A stretch of DNA of 13,060 nucleotides, from IMG/VR virus record IMGVR_UViG_3300037129_000090; one strand, 5' to 3'. Under the pieces are notes generated by a model. That model had not been told where the DNA came from. It did no database searches and saw only the letters and a list, made by a program, of their open reading frames with translations. Both the position numbers and the translations under genes were made by a program. Of the stretch, positions 7,434 through 13,060 are shown piece by piece; the first letter of the stretch is position 1, and every line of letters starts with the position of its first letter. This stretch comes from a virus (Duplodnaviria > Heunggongvirae > Uroviricota > Caudoviricetes).

Positions 7434-7712
7434 ATGGCAAATGGTTTAAAGAAACAGATTCTTGATATACTCACAAATGGAAATATGACAGCAGATGAAC
7501 TTGTATCTAAAATCGCAGATACTTCAAATTCAACAACTCAGAGTAACGGTAATGGTAAAATCAGGCACAAACAACCTATCCACAAAGTAACCGGAATCGG
7601 TAGAATCAATAATGCCTGTAGGCATCTTGTTAAACAGGGTAAAATCACCATGACAAGGGAAGCTAAGGCTAAAGGCACTAACGTTTTCACATGCTCTTAT
7701 CAAAAAGTTTAA
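7434..7712 (+). CDS. Putative winged helix-turn-helix DNA-binding protein
   Basis: KQILDILTNGNMTADELVSKI ... RINNACRHLVKQGKI pattern of helices and wing, with a polar insertion; AAGGAGATG RBS supports ATG 7434. Confidence 0.6.
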   Translation: MANGLKKQILDILTNGNMTADELVSKIADTSNSTTQSNGNGKIRHKQPIHKVTGIGRINNACRHLVKQGKITMTREAKAKGTNVFTCSYQKV

Positions 7713-7724
7713 GGAGAGATAGTT

Positions 7725-8364
7725 ATGAGTAGAGAAGTTGTGTTTTTCTTTCGTAACGATGCAGAAGATGGTGGTAGAGATTGGATAAAATATCTCTCAG
7801 TCGGTGAAAGAGACATCGGCGCAGGACACGGTTTAAGTATCTGCGGTGCTTGTTTCATCGGAGAGAACTTAAAAGAGATTGACACGAAAACAGTTACTAC
7901 ATTCCTTAAGAAAAAGGAATTGAAGACTCTCTTTAATTATGAAATTGAAATGAGAGAGCTTGGATGGAACATAAAAGATGATTCTGTAAAGATGGCAAAG
8001 GCTACTGAACTCTTCAAAACCATCGAACCTATCATCGAAAAGCTCAAGTCAGAAGAGAATAAAAAATTCTTTGAGAATAAGATTCTTCCAGATGAAATGG
8101 AATATCTCAAGGATGAATTTAGTCTCTGATGAAGACCTTGAAACTATATTCAATGAATACTATCAGGAATATAGGGATAGAGCGGTCGTAAATTACGTCT
8201 ATGACAATGTTGAGGACTTGGGAAGATCGAGAGCAGAAGATTTTGGTGTTGTAGAAGAACACTATGAGCAGTATTTCGACTTTGAGGAATTCGGTAGCGA
8301 TTTGCTGAATGACGAGGAATACATTAAACTCAGCGACGGTAGGGTTGCGAGCGTATCCTATTGA
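7725..8364 (+). pseudogene. Single gene split by a frameshift at ~8124-8128; acidic ArdA-like C-terminal region
   Basis: The frame of 7725 ends ...DEFSL-TGA (8127-8129) and the +1 frame continues SDEDLETIFNEYY...YFDFEEFGSDL. The second part has no RBS or credible start. 23 of its last 78 aa are D/E. Confidence 0.7.
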
Positions 8365-8382
8365 GAGGGCTTGAATCCTCTC
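8363..8382 (+). terminator. Putative hairpin after the split gene
   Basis: GAGAGG (8363-8368) / CCTCTC (8377-8382), followed by TAATTTAATTT. Confidence 0.4.
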
Positions 8383-8409
8383 TAATTTAATTTAAGGAGA
8401 TGAAAGACG

Positions 8410-8580
8410 ATGGTCTTAACAAATGAAGAGGTCTTTAAAATCATCGGTGCAAAAATTATCAGTATTGAGCTTAATAATTCAGGTGACCGGATAGAAGAGA
8501 TTCACATAAAGACACGCAGCGGTGAGAATTTAATTATTATCGGCGGTGCTTGTGAGACCTTAGAAGTTCTGAGTAAATAA
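8410..8580 (+). CDS. Hypothetical protein, 56 aa (not in ORF track)
   Basis: MVLTNEEVFKIIGAKIISIELNNSGDRIEEIHIKTRSGENLIIIGGACETLEVLSK; AAGGAGATG RBS; fills the gap. Confidence 0.8.
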   Translation: MVLTNEEVFKIIGAKIISIELNNSGDRIEEIHIKTRSGENLIIIGGACETLEVLSK

Positions 8581-8593
8581 GGAGATGGGATAA

Positions 8594-8776
8594 ATGTTTA
8601 AAAATATACTACAAATGTTTAATAATCTCTTGAACAACATAAAACAGATTACTTCAAGCAAATGCGAATACGAGAAGACATGCACACACTATAGAGAGAA
8701 TTCACATAACTGCAATCACGAACCTGAGAACTGTGGAATATTCAAGAGAACTAAGAGAGGTTTAATAAAAAAATAA
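8594..8776 (+). CDS. Cys-motif micro-protein (CEYxxTCTHY...CxxEPxxC), 60 aa
   Basis: AAGGAGATGG RBS; motif shared with 8793..8918. Confidence 0.8.
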   Translation: MFKNILQMFNNLLNNIKQITSSKCEYEKTCTHYRENSHNCNHEPENCGIFKRTKRGLIKK

Positions 8777-8792
8777 TCAGGAGATGATAATA

Positions 8793-8918
8793 ATGGCTTG
8801 TGAATATAGATACACATGCACTTGCTATAAAACAGAAGCAGAAAAATGTAAGAATGACCCGCAGAAATGCGTAAAATACGTACAAATAATATTAAATCAT
8901 TGCGGAAAACAGTATTGA
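8793..8918 (+). CDS. Cys-motif micro-protein, 41 aa (not in ORF track)
   Basis: MACEYRYTCTCYKTEAEKCKNDPQKCVKYVQIILNHCGKQY; CAGGAGATGAT RBS. Confidence 0.8.
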   Translation: MACEYRYTCTCYKTEAEKCKNDPQKCVKYVQIILNHCGKQY

Positions 8919-8930
8919 GAGGTGGTAACT

Positions 8931-9113
8931 ATGAAACTTTCGGATGACACAATAACTGAGAGAGAAATGCTAAGTAAGAAATATAGAACACTAGCGGCTG
9001 AACTCATTGCATTTAATGACAAATGTAGGGCAGAGATGGAAACTATCGGAAACAGGCTAAGAGAAATTTCACAGATGGAGAGAGATAATAATGCAGGGAC
9101 AGGAGCAAGTTGA
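8931..9113 (+). CDS. Small coiled-coil-like protein, 60 aa
   Basis: GAGGTGG RBS supports ATG 8931. Confidence 0.7.
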   Translation: MKLSDDTITEREMLSKKYRTLAAELIAFNDKCRAEMETIGNRLREISQMERDNNAGTGAS

Positions 9114-9345
9114 ACTGTGTAAACAGATAATCACTGACCTTTATAATCTTGCAGCTATGAATGAGATGTTTGGAGCTTTGCGATTTATGACACCGGATGA
9201 AAAAGTACATGAAGCTCTTGATATACTGATATTCAATGGATACCTGATAGTAGACAGTGAATTCTATTTCAGGCTTACCGATAAAGGTGTCGGTGCTTAC
9301 CTGTTTGGATTCGAGAATGCAGAAAAGATATTTGAAAATCTTTAA
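9091..9345 (+). CDS. Putative winged-helix protein, 84 aa
   Basis: VHEALDILIFNGYL-x7-RLTDKG matches the recognition helix plus wing (L..GY/L...LTxKG) of wHTH domains. Confidence 0.55.
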   Translation: MQGQEQVELCKQIITDLYNLAAMNEMFGALRFMTPDEKVHEALDILIFNGYLIVDSEFYFRLTDKGVGAYLFGFENAEKIFENL

Positions 9346-9357
9346 TGGAGTGGTGAC

Positions 9358-9717
9358 ATGGGGATTAACTGGAAAAACGTTAAATCATTTCTTTATGAAT
9401 CCAAATTCATAATTTTATTGTATGTTATAGGAGATTGGGCGACTACAGCATACGCTTTACCTGTCGGCGCGGAATACAATTATGTACCCTCTTTAATTCT
9501 TGTTAGAGCAGGTATTTATGGCTTGCTAGTTGCGAAATTTGTGTTTGTTATATTACTTTATTGGGGTTACATTAATTGGGTCTCTAATAATAAACAGGTA
9601 ATATACTGGAAATTATTAAAGCATTTCATTGAAATTGTTGGTGTATTTTTAGTAACTAATAATCTAATGGTTATCATGTTTGGTAATAGCTTAATTCAAG
9701 TCATGGGACTTGTTTAA
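9358..9717 (+). CDS. Multi-pass membrane protein, DUF5658-like
   Basis: Three to four hydrophobic segments; GDWATTAYAL..GAEYN resembles the D-x-x-T-T...G-x-E-x-N signature I recall for DUF5658 (not searched). Confidence 0.55.
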   Translation: MGINWKNVKSFLYESKFIILLYVIGDWATTAYALPVGAEYNYVPSLILVRAGIYGLLVAKFVFVILLYWGYINWVSNNKQVIYWKLLKHFIEIVGVFLVTNNLMVIMFGNSLIQVMGLV

Positions 9718-9721
9718 CAAT

Positions 9722-9761
9722 ATTATAACCAATAGTTTTATATATGTATCTTACGTTATAG
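9722..9761 (+). promoter_or_regulatory. Archaeal-type promoter, class B copy 2
   Basis: ATTATAACCAAT-agt-TTTATATATG-N7-CGTTATAG; same blocks and spacing as 4366-4405. Confidence 0.75.
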
Positions 9762-9792
9762 TGTATGCTAGAATACAACGGAGGTTTAGCAT

Positions 9793-9924
9793 ATGGAGAT
9801 AATCAAAAAGATGGAAGAGCAACTAGATGGGACTTTTAAAGAAGTCGAACATAAAGTAGCAGAAACGAAGGAAGAGAAACACGAAATGCTTATGAGATGG
9901 AAAGAAAAGAACGGCTCGAAATAA
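9793..9924 (+). CDS. Charged micro-protein, 43 aa (not in ORF track)
   Basis: MEIIKKMEEQLDGTFKEVEHKVAETKEEKHEMLMRWKEKNGSK; CGGAGGT RBS; first gene after promoter B2. Confidence 0.75.
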   Translation: MEIIKKMEEQLDGTFKEVEHKVAETKEEKHEMLMRWKEKNGSK

Positions 9925-9939
9925 AGGAGATGATATAAA

Positions 9940-10215
9940 GTGCCTTGTACTAATTGTACTGATTGTAATTGTGTGAAAAACTCACAAGATGAACAGAAGA
10001 AACTTGCAGAAATTAAAGCAATGGAAACGCTTGCGAATCAGAACAATACAGAAATTCACTGGTTTGCAGATTTTGCTTACGTTTCGTTTAATACTGGCAT
10101 AGAAGACCCTGAGACAGATGAAGAGATGAAGATAGGTAAAATGATAAGGGATATGACGTTTGAGAGCTTACAGAGCTTCATAAGCGACTGTAAATTGGAG
10201 ATGGCTAGTAATTGA
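9940..10215 (+). CDS. Hypothetical protein with N-terminal CxxCxxCxC and a domain shared with 1175..1744
   Basis: AAGGAGATGAT RBS; GTG start; internal paralogy. Confidence 0.8.
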   Translation: MPCTNCTDCNCVKNSQDEQKKLAEIKAMETLANQNNTEIHWFADFAYVSFNTGIEDPETDEEMKIGKMIRDMTFESLQSFISDCKLEMASN

Positions 10216-10245
10216 ACGTTGACAAGAAATAAGGAGATGGTAAGT

Positions 10246-10758
10246 ATGGTAAAAGGTTTAAGATTCGATGAACTCAGCATAGAGGCTAAGGAGAGGGTTA
10301 AAGATACTTACAGATCAGAGCTTAACGATGCTCTTGATAGGAAGGTCTTAATTATCATTGGTGATAGGATGAAAGCTGAGGGCATTGGTAGCTTGGCAGA
10401 TATTAATTTCTCTCTCGATGAGTGCGAAGGTGACGGTATCGCCTTTTACGGTACTCTTGACATTGACGAATTCCTTAAAGGTCTCGGACTTACTAGGGAC
10501 AGTGTAAGGAATCCAATTAAAGAAGATGCCTACGTAACAATCGTTCCAGAAAAGAATACAATTTATCATAACAGAAACACTATGGTTATTCAATCAGGTG
10601 GTTGCCCTTGGGATTTAGTGGTAGTCATTAGAAACCACTTAATGAGGACAATCAAGGAGCTTGAAATTGAGTGCTATGAGATTGTGAACAATGAGGATAA
10701 GGTACTTAGAGAACTTGTTGACTGTTGCGAATTCGACGAAAACGGAGAAGAGATTTAA
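10246..10758 (+). CDS. Conserved-looking mobile-element hypothetical protein (FDELS.EAKE...EFDENGE type)
   Basis: AAGGAGATGG RBS supports ATG 10246. The terminal motifs resemble an uncharacterised phage/ICE family from memory; function unknown. Confidence 0.7.
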   Translation: MVKGLRFDELSIEAKERVKDTYRSELNDALDRKVLIIIGDRMKAEGIGSLADINFSLDECEGDGIAFYGTLDIDEFLKGLGLTRDSVRNPIKEDAYVTIVPEKNTIYHNRNTMVIQSGGCPWDLVVVIRNHLMRTIKELEIECYEIVNNEDKVLRELVDCCEFDENGEEI

Positions 10759-10772
10759 GGGGTAAGGTAGGT

Positions 10773-10961
10773 ATGGATAAGGTAATCACAGATAAAGCGA
10801 CTGAGGAAATACTCAAAAAAGTAAATGAGATGAGGCGCGATTTGGATTTAATCGAAGAGAACTCAGGCGACTTTAAGTATATCCAAATGATTTCCGATTG
10901 GCTTAAAGAAGAAAATGATAGCATAAAGCAATTTGCTAATACTATACTAAAATGGGATTAA
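10773..10961 (+). CDS. Hypothetical helical protein, 62 aa
   Basis: GGTAAGGTAGGT before ATG 10773; the tracked start at 10725 overlaps the previous gene. Confidence 0.7.
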   Translation: MDKVITDKATEEILKKVNEMRRDLDLIEENSGDFKYIQMISDWLKEENDSIKQFANTILKWD

Positions 10962-10987
10962 ATTCAGGATAAGGAGATGGGTAAAGG

Positions 10988-11386
10988 ATGATTGACCATA
11001 AAATTATAGTTCCAGAGTGTAAACGCATACTTGAGCTAATGAATACGATAACCAAAAAGACTACTAGGAAAGATATAAAGGAAATAGCAAATATCGTATC
11101 GGCTACCACAAGGGAATGGCTGTACGCTGATGCTACTTTGAGAATACAAATTGAATTTCTTTGTATCTCTCCGATTGGTGATAGGGAACACTTGTTAAAT
11201 ACGGTTGATTCTGTAAAAGCGCGATTGAATGAGCTAATCAGTGACCCTTCCGACTTCGGAAAATTGAGTTGGCAACCTAAGAAGGAAAGCAAACCTATCT
11301 CTCATGTTTTCACAAAATCAGAAAACGTTAAGATGTGGGAAGCACTGAAAGCAAAATACAGTCAAAATCTGGATGATTGGCTTTAA
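10988..11386 (+). CDS. Hypothetical protein, 132 aa
   Basis: AAGGAGATGG RBS. Confidence 0.8.
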   Translation: MIDHKIIVPECKRILELMNTITKKTTRKDIKEIANIVSATTREWLYADATLRIQIEFLCISPIGDREHLLNTVDSVKARLNELISDPSDFGKLSWQPKKESKPISHVFTKSENVKMWEALKAKYSQNLDDWL

Positions 11387-11399
11387 GGAGGTTAAAAGC

Positions 11400-11573
11400 A
11401 TGGCAACAGGTGAATGTCCGGTGTGTGGCACTGAAATAATAAATCAGTGTGGTATAGATGAGCTAATCGAATATTCTCTCAATGTTGAATATTGGGAAGA
11501 GAAAGCAGCTAAAATATGTGAAATAATCGCTAGAATGAGAAGCAGGGTAAGGAGAACAAGGAGAATGAGCTAA
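11400..11573 (+). CDS. Small protein with CPVCG knuckle; C-terminus possibly frameshifted
   Basis: AAGGAGGT RBS supports ATG 11400; the Arg-rich tail looks off-frame. Confidence 0.65.
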   Translation: MATGECPVCGTEIINQCGIDELIEYSLNVEYWEEKAAKICEIIARMRSRVRRTRRMS

Positions 11574-11695
11574 AAATATGGTACTTCGAGGGCATAAAGA
11601 TTCATAATAACTATCTCATGTTTGCAGAATTCGGTAGACAGAGATGTCTTGAAACATGAAGAGAGAATAAGTAAATTGGTAAGGAGATAAGAATT

Positions 11696-12214
11696 ATGGT
11701 TAAGATATGCGAACATTTAAGTTTGAATACTAAAACATGCTTGCTTGACTATAGGCGATGCAGGTATGTAATTGAAGGAAACACTGTTGAGATGTGTCAA
11801 TGTGAGCAAGCTAATCTATGGAAAAAGAATAAGGAAGCTCTTGAGCAATGGAGACAAGAACAAGCAAACAAGAAACTGATAACCGAAGATGATTACAAAA
11901 TCGAGATTAAGCGGCTCATCGCAACAAAAGTTCTTACATGGGATATGGAGAACGCGCAGGACTTACAGAGTATCGTAACTGATATACTGGATGTTAACGA
12001 TGAGGGAGACCTAGAGAGCTATGCTATTGATTTATTGGCTAGAATAATACCGCCGTCATTCGTAAATGTAAAGGAACTCAACAAAATGTTTAAAAATGAT
12101 TGTACTGGTATTATTGAAACCATATACGCAATTGATAAAAACCTTGAGTGCTATTATCTGGACGATGGTGAAATATACAACCTCAACGATGCAATAGATG
12201 AATTTAACAAATAA
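11696..12214 (+). CDS. Hypothetical protein with Cys-rich N-terminus, 172 aa
   Basis: GGTAAGGAGA RBS; five Cys in the first 36 aa. Confidence 0.85.
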   Translation: MVKICEHLSLNTKTCLLDYRRCRYVIEGNTVEMCQCEQANLWKKNKEALEQWRQEQANKKLITEDDYKIEIKRLIATKVLTWDMENAQDLQSIVTDILDVNDEGDLESYAIDLLARIIPPSFVNVKELNKMFKNDCTGIIETIYAIDKNLECYYLDDGEIYNLNDAIDEFNK

Positions 12215-12224
12215 GAGGTAAAAC

Positions 12225-12662
12225 ATGGCATGGAATAAATTTGGTACTAACACATACATAAATGATGCTAAGACAGTTATAATGGCTCAATCACTGGAAG
12301 ATTTACCTAAGCAACTTGCATTTTCCGGTAATTTAGAGAAGATCGGAGAGTTTGAGGTAATTTCAAAAGTAGAAGGTAAAGGCATTAATACAGAGCGATT
12401 AAAGAAACAATATGAAACTGTAAGCTCAAAAAAAGTAATGAGAATGACATCAAAGTTTGGGAATATATCTTATTTCGATGTTGATTTGATTATGCCGTTC
12501 ATCAATGATTTAGCTCTGCTTTATCTACCATATGCCGAAGAGAAAGATGGTGTTGAACTAGATGCGCCTCTAGTTATTGTAAATGAGGATGTAATTTACT
12601 TGGTACTTCCTTATAAAATAGATGAATTTATCGAAGACCCTACTCTGGATGGGTGGATTTAA
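12225..12662 (+). CDS. Hypothetical protein, 145 aa; weak resemblance to a sliding-clamp C-terminal domain
   Basis: GAGGT RBS; DAPLVI...YLVLPYK ending. The fold call is low confidence; the CDS itself is solid. Confidence 0.7.
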   Translation: MAWNKFGTNTYINDAKTVIMAQSLEDLPKQLAFSGNLEKIGEFEVISKVEGKGINTERLKKQYETVSSKKVMRMTSKFGNISYFDVDLIMPFINDLALLYLPYAEEKDGVELDAPLVIVNEDVIYLVLPYKIDEFIEDPTLDGWI

Positions 12663-12716
12663 AAGTATAGATAAAGTCATATACATTGTAAATATAATTA
12701 ACACGGAGGCAAATAA

Positions 12717-12986
12717 ATGATTAAATCAAGCGGTAGACATTTATCAGTAAATGGAAATAGTGTATCAGTTAGAGAGATACCTACATTTGAGTTTGAACAT
12801 TGGAAAGGCAACAATAGCGGGGCACTCACTAAACTGATTAAGAAAACAGATGATCCATTGATTGCATTCAAATCATTTATAGGGAGTAGAACTCAAAATC
12901 ATGATATGGTTAATGTATCCTCAAGTTATGAAAACTATGTAGACCCTATGTTTACAAAGGGTTGCGTAAAGCCACTATGTCTTTAG
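12717..12986 (+). CDS. Hypothetical protein, 89 aa
   Basis: CGGAGG RBS after an AT-rich spacer. Confidence 0.75.
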   Translation: MIKSSGRHLSVNGNSVSVREIPTFEFEHWKGNNSGALTKLIKKTDDPLIAFKSFIGSRTQNHDMVNVSSSYENYVDPMFTKGCVKPLCL

Positions 12987-13012
12987 CTTCGTGGATGTAA
13001 GCAACTCCAATA

Positions 13013-13037
13013 ATTTTATACCAAAATCATTATATAC
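13013..13037 (+). promoter_or_regulatory. Putative promoter for the next transcription unit
   Basis: TTATACCAAAATCA-TTATATAC: ACCAA lies at the same distance from TTATATA as in the class A and B promoters. Confidence 0.55.
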
Positions 13038-13060
13038 CAATAATACCTGTACTATATACT

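Larger units (their letters stand above)
1..13060 (+). mobile_element. Accessory/early gene array of a probable archaeal virus or large extrachromosomal element
   Basis: About 38 co-oriented small ORFs with short spacers or ATGA overlaps; repeated TATA-type promoters; no recognisable housekeeping genes. No hallmark viral or integrase gene lies in the window, so the element type is inferred. Confidence 0.7.

Noticed and set aside
8110-8130. prfB-like programmed +1 frameshift at CTC-TGA
   Set aside because: The prfB site is CTT-TGA and depends on bacterial RF2. Re-pairing from CTC to TCT is poor and the host appears archaeal.
2056-10215. Element-wide TGA reassignment (Trp, Gly or Sec)
   Set aside because: TGA terminates many genes cleanly, including ATGA overlaps at 4598-4601, 6275-6278 and 6713-6716, and TGG is used for Trp. 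Only the 2056 TGA looks internal.
8916-10246. In-frame adjacency across TGA at 8918 and 10215 as further readthrough cases
   Set aside because: The downstream genes (8931, 10246) each have their own strong RBS, and same-frame neighbours are expected one time in three.
916-12259. All minus-strand ORFs in the track
   Set aside because: Each overlaps + strand genes with good RBSs. Their F/L/S/I-rich composition is what the antisense of A-rich coding DNA produces, and none has a convincing RBS.
12675-12700. TATACATTG before the 12717 gene as a third class A cassette
   Set aside because: Only 9 bp match, and the upstream ACCAA and full TTATATA are missing. It may be a degenerate promoter but is not supportable.
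1742-12986. TAG read as pyrrolysine
   Set aside because: Only two called genes end in TAG (1744, 12986). Readthrough at 1744 adds just a few residues before TAA, and no internal TAG splits an evident gene.

Overview
AT-rich 13 kb stretch with about 38 short, tightly packed ORFs, all on the + strand. Most are preceded by (AA)GGAGAT/GGAGGT/GAGGTG ribosome-binding sites, and they are punctuated by archaeal-type BRE/TATA promoters (ACCAA-N4-5-TTATATA). No rRNA, tRNA, CRISPR array, integrase, capsid or housekeeping gene was recognised. The best reading is the early/accessory (host-takeover-like) region of an archaeal virus or other large archaeal mobile element, possibly of a methanogen; the host assignment is inference. 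Main observations: (1) two tandem paralogous genes only ~38% identical in protein are each followed by a 59-bp promoter cassette 57/59 identical, the second driving a winged-helix protein; (2) five internal paralog or domain-sharing pairs suggest the array is built by duplicating and fusing micro-modules; (3) an 8-mer GGGTAAGG recurs 8 times, often at gene or domain joints; (4) two or three genes are interrupted, two of them next to (CT)n-GAT tracts, including a frameshifted gene with an acidic ArdA-like C-terminus; (5) many Cys-rich micro-proteins, three absent from the ORF track; (6) no GGCC found by manual scan. All alignments and counts were done by hand, and no database search was possible.
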